From the NCBI GenBank assembly GCA_008690995.1, contig VRMN01000005.1, positions 558,001 to 622,000 on the forward strand: a DNA stretch of 64,000 bases. The letters are read 5' to 3'. Shown one piece after another: positions 29,122 to 41,121 of the stretch. Origin of the DNA: Porphyridium purpureum. Its lineage: Eukaryota. Each line of letters starts with the position of its first letter. The first letter of the stretch is position 1. The notes under the pieces were generated by a model. It worked only from the letters and a program-made list of their open reading frames with translations, did not search any database and was not told the DNA's origin. The position numbers and the translations under genes were made by a program.

Positions 29122-30891
29122 ATGCAAACCGCGCAGACGCCTTCTGTTGTGTCGAATCCTCCAGAGCCACCCACGCAGTCGCTTCCGCGTGGTGCACTAC
29201 TGGTGGAAAATTTTTTGAGCGAGCGAGAAGAACGCAGTCTGCTCGCTGCTGTGGCCCAGCTTGGGGATGAACAGTGGCAGCGGCTCGCGCACCGCCGCGT
29301 GTGTCACTTTGGCTACGTCTTCAATTACCTAACACGCACGTTCGAGTCCGAGCGCCTTGGAAACCTGCCTAGATGGACGGACCGGGTGGTCGAGCGCATC
29401 CAACGGGTGCAAAGCGTCGTCGAGCAAATCAAGTCGGCAGGTCCGGAGGCGGATTCAAGACTCGCGGTGGAAGCGGCGGTCTTAAGGTGCATGCACAGTG
29501 AGCTCTCAAAGGATGAGCTGCACTGCTCACGGACCGCTGCTACTCATGAACCCGTCGTTCGATTTGGTGGCTGGTCCGATGTGCTCATGGCCCCGCCAAA
29601 TGATGTCACCGAGCTTGCTGCCGCAATGCAGCGCGGCGGCAGTGTGCAGCCGGCTTTTGACCAACTAACTATAAACGAGTACGAGTGCGGTGTGGGCTTA
29701 CGTGCGCATGTCGACACACATTCGAGCTTCTGGGGCGCGATAGCAAGCGTGTCTCTAGGCTCGTCCTGCGCGTTTGAATTCCGGCGAGACGCTGTTCACA
29801 CCAAGCATGCTTCTGATCCAATTCAGCATGTTGTGTTTGTGCCGCGCTGCTCGCTGCTGATCATGGATGGAGAAAGTCGATATGCCTGGAACCACTTCAT
29901 TCCCATGCGAAAGAACGACTACGGAGCTGATGGTCGCGAGCTTATCAATCGAGGTACGCGCATTTCGCTCACTTTCCGCCATGTGCGTCATTCTCGTCAG
30001 TGTGACTGCAAGTGGGTAGCTTTTTGCGACTCACAGAGCGACACTCCCAAGGGCTCTGGCGGCGATTACAAGTCCGCGTCATCGAAAATGATCGAGGCAG
30101 CTCGGCAGAAGCACCGATCGGAGCTCAGCGAGCAATTGAGGTCTGGGCACCTGCGGTTGGAAGAACACTTTGTGCACAAGGCCTACGAAAGTATCGCGCC
30201 TCATTTCGACGACACGAGGTTCGCGATTTGGCCGCGTGTGCGGCGTTTCCTCTCACTTTTGGACAAAGACGCATGCTGCATTGATATAGGTTGCGGGAAC
30301 GGAAAGCATCTGGGCGAAATGGCCGGCCATGTATTCAAATTCGGATGCGACGCGTGTCCCACGCTCATGAGCATCACACGTAGCAAGATCCAGCTCGCGC
30401 AACTGGGCGTTGCGCTGGCCGAGAACCTACCGTTCCGTAACCAAAGCTTCGACGGCGCCATCTGCATTGCTGTGCTGCATCATTTAAGCAGCGCATCTGC
30501 ACGTCTGGCAGCGCTTCGCGAAATGGCGCGGGTCCTTACCATTGGAGGAAAGGGCATTGTTTATGTCTGGGCACGCGAGCAGGAGCACGAGCACAAAACC
30601 ATCGACCGGTGGATCGCTTTATCTGACTTGGGCGTCGATGGCGCCGAGAATAATGACTACTTGGCGCCATGGCTGGTGCACGTGGGTGCTCGCGAAGATT
30701 GGAAGGCTCGTGCTCTGGAGCTTGGAGGCGAGTGGGACCATACACGTCGAGGCGTAAAGGTATACAGATACTATCACTTGTTCGAAGGCGACGAGCTTGT
30801 GTCACTCGTGCAGAGTCTTGGCAATGTGCGAGTGTGTTCTTCATTTTATGAAAGGAGCAATTGGGGCTGTGTTTTCGAGCGCGTGTATTGA
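29122..30891 (+). CDS. ALKBH8: ALKBH8-like tRNA wobble-uridine modification enzyme (AlkB dioxygenase + Zn site + Trm9 methyltransferase)
   Basis: RRVCHFGYVFNY, DQLTINEY, HVDTHS, RYAWNHFI, RISLTFR, CDCKWVAFCDS, then LEEHFVHKAYESIAPHF, DIGCGNGK, ICIAVLHHL, YRYYHLF, SNW. Confidence 0.94.
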   Translation: MQTAQTPSVVSNPPEPPTQSLPRGALLVENFLSEREERSLLAAVAQLGDEQWQRLAHRRVCHFGYVFNYLTRTFESERLGNLPRWTDRVVERIQRVQSVVEQIKSAGPEADSRLAVEAAVLRCMHSELSKDELHCSRTAATHEPVVRFGGWSDVLMAPPNDVTELAAAMQRGGSVQPAFDQLTINEYECGVGLRAHVDTHSSFWGAIASVSLGSSCAFEFRRDAVHTKHASDPIQHVVFVPRCSLLIMDGESRYAWNHFIPMRKNDYGADGRELINRGTRISLTFRHVRHSRQCDCKWVAFCDSQSDTPKGSGGDYKSASSKMIEAARQKHRSELSEQLRSGHLRLEEHFVHKAYESIAPHFDDTRFAIWPRVRRFLSLLDKDACCIDIGCGNGKHLGEMAGHVFKFGCDACPTLMSITRSKIQLAQLGVALAENLPFRNQSFDGAICIAVLHHLSSASARLAALREMARVLTIGGKGIVYVWAREQEHEHKTIDRWIALSDLGVDGAENNDYLAPWLVHVGAREDWKARALELGGEWDHTRRGVKVYRYYHLFEGDELVSLVQSLGNVRVCSSFYERSNWGCVFERVY

Positions 30892-30931
30892 ACCGATGCC
30901 TCATTCCCATTATGAAAAAGAGAGCACGCTG

Positions 30932-32557
30932 TTATCCAGTGTAGCGAGAAGTCTCCATCAGGATCGGAAAGGCGTTGATTTTCAGCTGATTTGCGGCGGA
31001 GTTCACGATGCTTGGGTTTGTCTTGCGTGTTCGTTCAAACACAAATCCGGTTTCGAATGCGTCGTAGCCGGCAGAGTGCGGCTGCTCGTCGTGCCCGTAC
31101 TTCTGCGTATGTTCCGTCGGTGCGGCAGTGGCCTGAGACCGCCGGAGCTCACGGCGAGCCTGTATCTCTTCTCCATTGAGTTGGCCCGGAGGGTACGCCT
31201 CGTCGCGTCGAAGTATCGCGTCTAGACAGTGAGAAAAGGAACAGAATACGCCCGATCGACAGTGACCGTACATGGCAAAGTTCTCACAAAGAAAGCCCTT
31301 CGTTGGACCATCAGCGTATTCCTCGGCTGTATAGTCGACGTGCGCAAGACGGAAGCAGTCACAGTTCGCTGACTTGATCGCCGCATTGTCAATTGATTGT
31401 GGATATGCTCCGCCGCCTGATGCAAGGAGCCTCCGTTCTCGTGCAAACACGTACGTCAGAAATGTAGGAGCGTTCGGATATATGGCATTCGAAATCAATT
31501 TGGTATCAAAGATGGTAGAGACACGAGACTTGACAACGCGGACGAAGTCTTGGAGCGTTTCAGGCAGAGCCGCCTCGAACGAATTAACCACTTGCATGAG
31601 GTCTAGCATGCCGTTGTGCAAGACGAGAGGCAGCTTGGCAATCCCGATCCGGAACAAGATGCCTTGAGGCAATGGTGCCCAGTTTACAGGGTCTTTTTGT
31701 TCTTTCTTCTGTCTCTTCACTTCGCGCTTCTTTGAGCGGCGCTCGTTCCTGGCTGCAATGACGGCAAGAGCTTCGGCTTTCGCCACCAGACTTTCGGGAA
31801 GAATTTCCTCGTCCATGGCGCCATCACCGTGACGTAGCACGCCCGCGCCTTGCACTGTTCCAAGAGAGCCGTTTAGTTCCTCGTCACTGGGCCCAGGTGG
31901 CAGACGCAGCGTGTTCTCTTCGGCTTCCGTGTAAGGAATGCCATCCATGAACATCCGATTCAAATCAAAGCCGTGTTGTAGCAAAAAGCGCGCCGAGCTG
32001 GTCGTGATCATCACTTCCGGCTCCTTGCAGAACAAAAAGTCGAATACGAGCGGCGGCCTAGCGTCCTTGCGAAATACAGCCAGGCCGAGCGAAAGTGTAC
32101 AATACTTGCGTGTGTCCTGTCTAAACTGCTCGTACAGTGTCTGCGGTGTCTGCGTCGCATTTGGTTGCGAGACAGCTACGGCCCTCGCATCGCCTGCCCC
32201 ATTTCTGTCGTTTCGATTCTCGACCGTTTTGGTTCGGCTTGTACTTACGCTGGGTTGCTGCTTCACCGCACCGGGCAAGCCGCTGAACTCGACGTCCATC
32301 GCCACGCAGCTCGCACCGGGGTCGAACAATGCGGCCGTAAGCTCTGCGAACATGGCCGCCGCATTAGACTTTGTCACCAGCCGCATCTCAGGCGATGTCG
32401 TGCGATCTTTGACGTCGTCCGCACACACGACGGGCGCTTGGCCCCCATTGACCTTCCCGCGGTGATGCCGCGCCTCGCAGCGGCAGCAGAAGCACTGCTG
32501 CAGCCGCGTCATCTGCGGCTGCGCCCCCGCGCCGGCTGTCCGATTAGTTCTTGGCAT
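30932..32557 (-). CDS. TOE1: CAF1-family DEDD exonuclease with CCCH finger (TOE1/Caf1z-like)
   Basis: AMDVEFSGL, FLLQHGFDLNRMF, LVLHNGMLDL, IFDTK, CCCH finger CENFAMYGHCRSGVFCSFSH, and HSAGYDAFETGFVF. Start at ATG 32557 is inferred. Confidence 0.85.
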   Translation of the reverse strand: MPRTNRTAGAGAQPQMTRLQQCFCCRCEARHHRGKVNGGQAPVVCADDVKDRTTSPEMRLVTKSNAAAMFAELTAALFDPGASCVAMDVEFSGLPGAVKQQPSVSTSRTKTVENRNDRNGAGDARAVAVSQPNATQTPQTLYEQFRQDTRKYCTLSLGLAVFRKDARPPLVFDFLFCKEPEVMITTSSARFLLQHGFDLNRMFMDGIPYTEAEENTLRLPPGPSDEELNGSLGTVQGAGVLRHGDGAMDEEILPESLVAKAEALAVIAARNERRSKKREVKRQKKEQKDPVNWAPLPQGILFRIGIAKLPLVLHNGMLDLMQVVNSFEAALPETLQDFVRVVKSRVSTIFDTKLISNAIYPNAPTFLTYVFARERRLLASGGGAYPQSIDNAAIKSANCDCFRLAHVDYTAEEYADGPTKGFLCENFAMYGHCRSGVFCSFSHCLDAILRRDEAYPPGQLNGEEIQARRELRRSQATAAPTEHTQKYGHDEQPHSAGYDAFETGFVFERTRKTNPSIVNSAANQLKINAFPILMETSRYTG

Positions 32558-32760
32558 GATCTTCGGTAAACACGCGTGCGAATCGGCGGCGCATGCACAC
32601 AAGAGCCGACGAAGCCAATCGAAAGTGCTGAGGACGTCAAATAGAGGTAGAAAAGCGCAAAATGTCGCGATCAGTGGTTTCTTTCCATTTTCCTTACGGT
32701 TTAGGGCTACACTACCGGTTGATCGTGTAAACACCGCGCTGCCAGCTTCGGCTGCCGCGC

Positions 32761-34284
<1,524 letters not shown>

Positions 34285-34675
34285 TCACGCTCTCTCTTTC
34301 CTCTTCTCCTTCCCCCGTCAACCTTTTCTTCACTCACCGGCACGCCCCACCCAAATCCGGAGCACATCCGCACGTTTCTTATTCAACAAACCTGTTTCAA
34401 TCCTATTTGCAGTCACATTTCTGCGAAAACGACAACGGAATATGTATATCAAAGCAACGCTATTTTATGATTACTTATACTTAAATGAGCCTCAATGTGT
34501 AATGCAGTGAAATAGGTATGAATCAGAAAAGCGCGGTGCAAAAGGGCAGCACCACGCCAGATTCTGAACGTTCTGTCAGCTTTCTGTGAAAAGCTGATTC
34601 AAGGGAATAACGGGACGCAGCCAAGTGTGAAGCCGATGAGTGAGGGAGAGAGAGAAAGAGAGAGGGAGTGGATTG

Positions 34676-35749
34676 ATGGAGTTGGAATCAAAAGGCGGCG
34701 GTCATGTGGTGGGTGTGAGGGGTGGGGCACTGGCAGCATACGGACAGAAAGTGGTTCGTGCGCTGCGGTATATTCACGCGACGCTGAATGAGCTGGTGTA
34801 CGCGCTGCGAGCGCGCGTGGCGTTGCGCCAGCTCCGCGTGCCCTTGCAGGTAGCGCTGAGGCTGCGAGGGCTCGAGGTGGCGCTGGCGGCTGGATTGGGA
34901 CAGGCAGGTCTGCCGCGCGCGCTCGTACAGACAGATCCGCTGTGCGCAGAGCCGGCGCGCTCGCAAGCTCGGCTGCTCCAGCTTATGGCCATGATTGACG
35001 CCCTGCACGGTGAAGTGGTCGCGTTTAAGCGGCAGCGCCAGACAAACTTGGCTGACTTGCACGTCAGCGCTCGCGAGCTCGAGCTGGAGCATGCTCGGAC
35101 CGCCGCGTTCAGAGAGCATGTCGTGGTCATCACGTCGTCCATCCAGGCGGCAATGGACCGCGTCGCCGTGCGGTGCAGCGCGCATCTCGCGACCCTGCGT
35201 GTTGCAACTCCTGGCGCAACACTGCAAGCAGGGATGCCACACTCGGGCGCGTCACGTGCAGCGGCGAACGCACGCGACAGCTACGAGCTGCATGAGGTGA
35301 TGGTGGCGATTGACCCTGAGCGCGCGCTCCGCCAGGCTTTGTCGGACGCGGCGCTTTTATCTCAGGAGGTAACGAAATCGGTCGAGACGACGCGCAGGAG
35401 TCTTCAAGATCTCTGGACCACAGCCGAGCAGGCTCCAATGCGCGTAACGAGCTCGGACTCGCGCGCGCCGGCGCGCGAGCCGTACCATTTTGTCAGCGGA
35501 AAGCTGGACCAGTCCAGGCAGACCCCCCGAGTCGAGCCAGAGTGGTTGCTGAGAGGGCATCGAGCTGACATGGGCTCGAGCATCTCTTTCGGTGCACCGC
35601 CAGCGAAAGTCGCCTCGTCCGTGAATTCTAAAGATGTTCCCGACGGATACCAAGCGCAGACCCATGCGAACTCGGCTCGGCATGAGGCGCTTAGAAAACT
35701 AACCGAAGACGCAGAAGCAGAATGGAACAGTGCCAGCGCAGTCCGATGA
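34676..35749 (+). CDS. Hypothetical protein, helical/coiled-coil
   Basis: 357-aa ORF from ATG 34676, preceded by a GA tract like neighbouring genes. No family recognised. Confidence 0.6.
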   Translation: MELESKGGGHVVGVRGGALAAYGQKVVRALRYIHATLNELVYALRARVALRQLRVPLQVALRLRGLEVALAAGLGQAGLPRALVQTDPLCAEPARSQARLLQLMAMIDALHGEVVAFKRQRQTNLADLHVSARELELEHARTAAFREHVVVITSSIQAAMDRVAVRCSAHLATLRVATPGATLQAGMPHSGASRAAANARDSYELHEVMVAIDPERALRQALSDAALLSQEVTKSVETTRRSLQDLWTTAEQAPMRVTSSDSRAPAREPYHFVSGKLDQSRQTPRVEPEWLLRGHRADMGSSISFGAPPAKVASSVNSKDVPDGYQAQTHANSARHEALRKLTEDAEAEWNSASAVR

Positions 35750-36208
35750 TCCAATGGGTATGCCCCAAAAAAAGAGAAATCGATGAACGCACAGCGTAAA
35801 CAGCCCAACCTCTTCGTGTTGACATTGAGATCCAGCTGATCTGTTTTGTCGCGTCAAAGAGTAGGCAATGCATCGAAGATGGTCCCAGAACAGTAAAGCT
35901 GGTATTTTATCAGTCTGCACGTGTGAAAGCGGCGACCCTTTTATGCATGATTGAGTCTGCCTCCAGACGCCCTCGACCGACGGCTGACTTTCGAGTGCTC
36001 GGCATCACACAAGCCACGGCAGAGCGGGGGTTTGGCCGGAAGAAAAAGAGGAAATTCCTACATGCGTTTGATGTTGATTTTGACTCTAAACTCCTACATT
36101 GTGGACATGGCAAAGGACGCCAGCTTCTACCGCTCTTCGCCCGGATAGACAAACGACGTGCTTCAAATGCCAGGGGCTCCAATGTTTGTTCGCCGGGCAG
36201 CTCGCAAG

Positions 36209-36643
36209 TCAATCCGTTTCATCTGATTTGGAACCCTCCTCGAACCCGCGCGCGCGCTGCACCTTCTTCGTGCTTCTGGGCAGTCCACTCGATGATTTCT
36301 TCAGCAGCTTTTTGAGTTCCTTCTTCACCTTCTCTTCCACTCTCGACTGTTGTAGCTGCTGTCGCGACACACGCAAGTTGTTCTTCTTGATGAGTGAGTC
36401 AATCGTCACAATCACCACACCTACTGTCACACCAATCGCTTGGAAGAGCGCCAGGGCTCCCAGCAACTGCTCTGGATCCTTCCAATCGAACGCCATCCGC
36501 GGCACGGTCAACTTGCGCGGCTGCCGTGACACCGCGCCGACCGACGGAGCGCGTGCGCTTTTGCGCGCCTCCACATGACACACTGAAGGTGTGAGCGAAA
36601 AGTGCCCACGAGGCACAACTGCTAGTTGCGTAAAAGCGTACAT
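36209..36643 (-). CDS. Small putative plastid single-pass membrane protein
   Basis: MYAF... Ser/Arg/Ala-rich transit-like leader, TM segment LLGALALFQAIGVTVGVVIVTI, and a Lys-rich tail. Confidence 0.6.
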   Translation of the reverse strand: MYAFTQLAVVPRGHFSLTPSVCHVEARKSARAPSVGAVSRQPRKLTVPRMAFDWKDPEQLLGALALFQAIGVTVGVVIVTIDSLIKKNNLRVSRQQLQQSRVEEKVKKELKKLLKKSSSGLPRSTKKVQRARGFEEGSKSDETD

Positions 36644-36791
36644 GTCGTCCCACTCAAGACGTGTTCTTCCAGTCGCTCCGTCACGCTCGACCTCGCACTC
36701 TCCAACTCGCTAATCTCAAACACAAAGATGCTCGAGCCGTCATGACAACGCGACCGAGGACGCCGCGTGGGAGACGAAAGAACAGTTTGCG

Positions 36792-38000
36792 ATGGCGTTC
36801 GTAAGCGTTCTGGGAATTGGCGTAGCATGGCGTTCGCCGACATTGGATGTGCGCCTACGCCGGCATCCCAAGGCGAACTTGGGAACGACGACTGTGCTGG
36901 CAGCGTCGGTGCCGGTGTCACAGTTCCGGTCGTCTGCATGGAAAAGCAAGGCAAGTCGGTTTGCGGCACGTGTTGCTCGCGCAGTTTGTGAAGGTGTTCG
37001 AAATAATCATTCTCATGTCGTGGTCCTTATTGTGCTAGGTGTCGTGGTTCTCGTGCTTGGGACGAAGAGAATTGGTCAGACGAAGCGCGAACGTAAACAA
37101 AGCGATACAATACATGAAAGCGAGAACGGCGAGCTGCAGCAGCAACGCGTGCATCATTCTAAGCAGGACCAGGCTCAGGCTTCTTCCGTGTTCCGACAAC
37201 AACCACAGCAGCAGTATTCAGGACAACCTGAGCATGAGTCCGTCTTCACGCTTTCTCGTTCCGAATGGCTCGAGAACACGGACGACCTAGAAAAGCTCGC
37301 GCGTGAGGATTTATCGGGCCTCATAAGCGAGAGGCGTGGTGCGATTCAGCAATATGGCATCGATGAAGTGTCGGCTCCGTTGGAAAGACGATCAGATATC
37401 GGGCTTGAGGGTGAGATGCAATCGAACGGGCAACGTATTCACGACGCGCACTGGAAAGGAAGCACATACAGCATTTCTTTCCGGAGCGCTGCTGATACCA
37501 AGAAAAAGGCGAAGGCCACGCCAAGTGTAGCGCCTGAAATGCAACCCCTTACCGCTGTTGAGAAAAATCAGGATATGTTGCGGGATAGGAAACTCGACTC
37601 CAAGGAAGCGGTTCGTGCAGCGTTTGGGACGCAGCACGCGGCACACATTGACCACAGCCGTCACTGGGCCCGCGCAAAACGAGTTTCCATTCTCGGCTCG
37701 GCAGCGAACATGCTCAAGTGGGTGAAGAGCGGTCTCGACCAGTGGGTTTTCCCCGTATTTTTCGCGATCGAAATCCTGTACAATGACCTGAAGGCTCAGG
37801 CCATGTGGCGCAGTCAAAATGGCGGAGCGTGCGATCCGCTCGACCAGTGCGTGCATCTTGAAGACTTTTCCTCGGGCACCACCGATGAGTCGAGCGATGC
37901 TGTCCTTCGGTCAGCACCGAGCGGTATGCGGCGGACTCCCACTCTGGATTTCAGTCCGTACACCAAGCAAATTGATCGTTTCTTGAATGATCTACTGTGA
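36792..38000 (+). CDS. Hypothetical, probably plastid-targeted membrane protein
   Basis: MAFVS red-algal-type transit start, TM segment VVVLIVLGVVVLVLG, 402-aa open frame. Confidence 0.65.
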   Translation: MAFVSVLGIGVAWRSPTLDVRLRRHPKANLGTTTVLAASVPVSQFRSSAWKSKASRFAARVARAVCEGVRNNHSHVVVLIVLGVVVLVLGTKRIGQTKRERKQSDTIHESENGELQQQRVHHSKQDQAQASSVFRQQPQQQYSGQPEHESVFTLSRSEWLENTDDLEKLAREDLSGLISERRGAIQQYGIDEVSAPLERRSDIGLEGEMQSNGQRIHDAHWKGSTYSISFRSAADTKKKAKATPSVAPEMQPLTAVEKNQDMLRDRKLDSKEAVRAAFGTQHAAHIDHSRHWARAKRVSILGSAANMLKWVKSGLDQWVFPVFFAIEILYNDLKAQAMWRSQNGGACDPLDQCVHLEDFSSGTTDESSDAVLRSAPSGMRRTPTLDFSPYTKQIDRFLNDLL

Positions 38001-38284
38001 TGTAGGGGCGGCGAGAGGATCTCACATATCAATATTTAATGATTTCATGGGCGAGATCAAACGAGACAAGCTCCTTGAAGTAACCCATAGGCAGTCAGAG
38101 CAATCAAACTTCGTGCATCATTGTACAACGTGGGACAAGACAAATCCACTTGCAACATTTTCGAACGGTTCTTTTGTGGTACGGGTTAAGGCTCTCATCC
38201 TTCAGAAGCAAGAAATCCGAAGGGCCCTCAAGCGAAACGGTCTCAGTTCATTCCCGCGTGTGAATGTATCCGTATGATAGCAGA

Positions 38285-38953
38285 TTACTTCTTCATCCAG
38301 CTCAACATGGTATTCTGTCGCTTGATTTTCTTCTGCAGCTGTATCAGACCGTACAGGAGTGCCTCTGCCGTGGGCGGGCAGCCTGGCACGTAGATATCCA
38401 CGGGCACAATGCGGTCACAGCCCCGCACAACGCTGTACGAGTAGTGATAGTATCCGCCGCCGTTCGCACAGCTACCCATGGAGATAACCCACTTGGGGTT
38501 TGGCATTTGGTCGTACACCTTTCTCAGCGCTGGGGCCATCTTGTTTGTGAGCGTTCCGGCCACAATCATGACGTCTGACTGGCGTGGCGACGGGCGAAAG
38601 ATGATTCCAAAGCGGTCCAAATCGTACCTTGCCGCGCCCGCGTGCATCATTTCCACGGCGCAGCAGGCCAAGCCAAAGGTCATGGGCCACATGGAATTAT
38701 TGCGCCCCCAGTTGCACAAGTCGTCCAGCTTGGACACCGCAAACTCCAAATTGTTCGCGGGCGCGTTGATTGGCAGTTGCGACGCGGCGGCCGACGTGTT
38801 GGGCATCGACAAGGCGACCCCTTCACTCGTCGCGTTCGAAGTGGCCACCTGCGTGCTGAACGCACGAGCGTTTCGCGCCGCCGGCCACGTGGCGCTTCCG
38901 CGCGACGCAACGGCGCGTGTAAGAATACCGCACATCCCCATTCCAATACCCAT
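38285..38953 (-). CDS. NDUFS7: NADH dehydrogenase (complex I) PSST/20 kDa Fe-S subunit
   Basis: [52 protein letters not shown], with a mitochondrial presequence. Start 38953 or one of the next two Met codons. Confidence 0.97.
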   Translation of the reverse strand: MGIGMGMCGILTRAVASRGSATWPAARNARAFSTQVATSNATSEGVALSMPNTSAAASQLPINAPANNLEFAVSKLDDLCNWGRNNSMWPMTFGLACCAVEMMHAGAARYDLDRFGIIFRPSPRQSDVMIVAGTLTNKMAPALRKVYDQMPNPKWVISMGSCANGGGYYHYSYSVVRGCDRIVPVDIYVPGCPPTAEALLYGLIQLQKKIKRQNTMLSWMKK

Positions 38954-39151
38954 CCTCACTTTTTCCGCACACCACAACCCCGCGCCACTTGTTCTTCCCT
39001 CGTCCTCGTCCTCCACCCCCTTTCGCTCTTTCTCCTCTTCCACCTCTTGGAAGCGTGACGAAGTCATCTAAAAAAAAAACAGCCTTCTTTTATTACAAAA
39101 AGCCCGTGTCGTTGTCTAGCATGGGGCGGCGCACGTGTACGGCTTGCGGTG

Positions 39152-39412
39152 TCAGCTGTGCGGCCCGCGTGAGTGCCGAGCACCGCCACCTCGCAGCGCG
39201 ATGACGAGGTGGAGCACGGAGCCTCCTTCGATGTTGTAGTCGTTCGCGGTCTTCTCGTCCGCGAGCTGCCGGCCGCCAAAGATCAGCCGCTGCTGCTGCG
39301 GGTCGATACCGGCCTTCTCCTCCACGCGCTCCTTGATTCTCGCGATCGTGTCCGTCGGGTCAATATCAATCTCTGTCTGGTTGCCTGTCAGCAGCTTCAC
39401 TTTCACCAACAT
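39152..39412 (-). CDS. NEDD8: Ubiquitin-like protein NEDD8/RUB1 precursor
   Basis: [10 protein letters not shown]...[28 protein letters not shown]...[11 protein letters not shown] (Ala72, NEDD8-type), plus a 10-aa propeptide. Confidence 0.95.
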   Translation of the reverse strand: MLVKVKLLTGNQTEIDIDPTDTIARIKERVEEKAGIDPQQQRLIFGGRQLADEKTANDYNIEGGSVLHLVIALRGGGARHSRGPHS

Positions 39413-39796
39413 CTTGCCTCTTCTCACCCACACTCTCTCACTCGTACCCGACCCAGCCTCCTTCTCTCTCTCTCTTTCGTTCTCTCTTCCCCCCCACCCC
39501 CATCGTCTCACCACCGCGCGCTCGTTTCCAGGAGGCGAGAATCTTCACAACACAGGCGCCACAAACCGTATATCAAAACAGCGCGTTTTCATAGGACGCG
39601 GCGCCCCCATCAAAACACAAAAGTACAGTGCGTGTGTTCTGTTGGAGGTACATGTGTAGGTACAGGTAATCGTACAGTTAGCGTGATGGTGACTGTACTT
39701 TCCGTGCTTACGGTGGTGGTGCTTGGGGGACGGGATGGCGAGCATGGTGCTTAGCTTACTGGGAGCGGTGGAGTGGCACAGAGTGAAGCAGTAGGC

Positions 39797-39829
39797 GTGG
39801 TGGTGGTGGTGGTGGTGGTGGTGGTGGTG
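39797..39829 (+). repeat. (GTG)11 microsatellite
   Basis: Direct reading; immediately upstream of the 39838 start. Confidence 0.9.
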
Positions 39830-39837
39830 GAAGAGCG

Positions 39838-40671
39838 ATGGGGATGTGGAGCAAGTGGGGTTGGTCTCGAGCGCCGCGAGGCGTGCAGGTGTATGCGCTG
39901 CTCGCATGCGCGGTGTTCTGGTACAACAACGTGCACATTCCTTCTGCGCCCACCACGCGCGCGCGATTTGGCGGCGCCAGCGTGTTCCTCACCTCGCAGG
40001 CTAATGTCGTGCTCATGGTTTACGCCGCGTTGTTGGTGTTGCATTCGGTCTTCTGGCCGCACTCCGTCAGATGCCGCGCGCTGCTGGCGCACCTCCAGCG
40101 CCCTCTGTTTTGCGTCGGCAGCTTTGTCGGCATCGCTTACTACGCGCTGCTCCACAATCATCCAGAGTTGGCGCAGCTTGGAACGCCAGAACATGATCCG
40201 TGGTTTTGGGCACATATGCACGCGCTGCATATTGCTCCGCTTCTCTTCATGGTGCTGGACTTGCTCATGAACCGTCAAAAGCCACATGCGCTCGCGGCCG
40301 ACCTCGTCATCTTATATGCGTATAGCGCGCTGTATTTGATGTGGAGCTCTTTCTGTGCCACCTATGACGGCTTTCCGTATCCGTTCCAGAGAAGCTTTTC
40401 GGCATTTGACCACGCGCTCTTTGCCATAGCCGCAAACGTGTCTATCGGCCTGCTGTGTCTTTCTGCGCGAGCCGTGTCGTTCTGGATGCTCCGCGAGGAC
40501 CGCAAGAGCTATGAGGCGCAGAGCGACGCGCCGCGCGCCAGGAAATATGCAGTACACAAGCGAGCGTCGTCATGGAACGAGCTACAGAGCATCGCCGAAT
40601 CTATCGCGAGTCAGCTAGGCGTTTGTCACAAGCGAGCCTCATCGTCAACGGGTGCGATCTACTTGCGCTGA
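39838..40671 (+). CDS. FAR-17a/AIG1-like multipass membrane protein (possible Thr hydrolase)
   Basis: FLT motif (VFLTSQANV), conserved His region (HALHIAPLLFMVLDL), FPYPF motif, about six TM helices. Confidence 0.75.
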   Translation: MGMWSKWGWSRAPRGVQVYALLACAVFWYNNVHIPSAPTTRARFGGASVFLTSQANVVLMVYAALLVLHSVFWPHSVRCRALLAHLQRPLFCVGSFVGIAYYALLHNHPELAQLGTPEHDPWFWAHMHALHIAPLLFMVLDLLMNRQKPHALAADLVILYAYSALYLMWSSFCATYDGFPYPFQRSFSAFDHALFAIAANVSIGLLCLSARAVSFWMLREDRKSYEAQSDAPRARKYAVHKRASSWNELQSIAESIASQLGVCHKRASSSTGAIYLR

Positions 40672-40863
40672 TGACCTATAGGCCAGGTCATCCGAATGGG
40701 CACTAGGAAAATTGGAAAACAGGAAAGAGAGATGAACATGTCAGCTTTCATGTAATGCCATAAAAGCAGGCTCCAGATCTTGTCTACGTTTGACACGTGG
40801 ACAAAGCAATCGCCTCGGGATCGCCCGGGCACGTCGCCGCAAAGAATTGAAAAGTGACATCGA

Positions 40864-41121
40864 TTACGTTGACGACGTTTTCTGCTCGGCAGCCTCTAGC
40901 GCCCTCAAGAGATGTGCGATTCGGTACTTAAGGCGATTATTTTCCTCTTCGAGCGCCTTGATGCGCGCGGCGCGCTCCTCAGCAACAGCACCTGCAGCCG
41001 AGCCAGTGCCTTCCCCTTGTGTCGCCGATGCATTCGGTGGGATGCCGCCGGCGATCAGCGCCGTTGCGTTTGCCAGCGCGGCTTCCAGCCGACTCAACCG
41101 ATCCTCCACGCCCCCGTCCAT
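40864..41121 (-). CDS. Small coiled-coil protein (85 aa) with EEENNRLKYRIAHL motif
   Basis: ATG 41121; two heptad-rich helices (VEDRLSRLEAALA and IKALEEENNRLKYRIAHLLRALE). Confidence 0.7.
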   Translation of the reverse strand: MDGGVEDRLSRLEAALANATALIAGGIPPNASATQGEGTGSAAGAVAEERAARIKALEEENNRLKYRIAHLLRALEAAEQKTSST

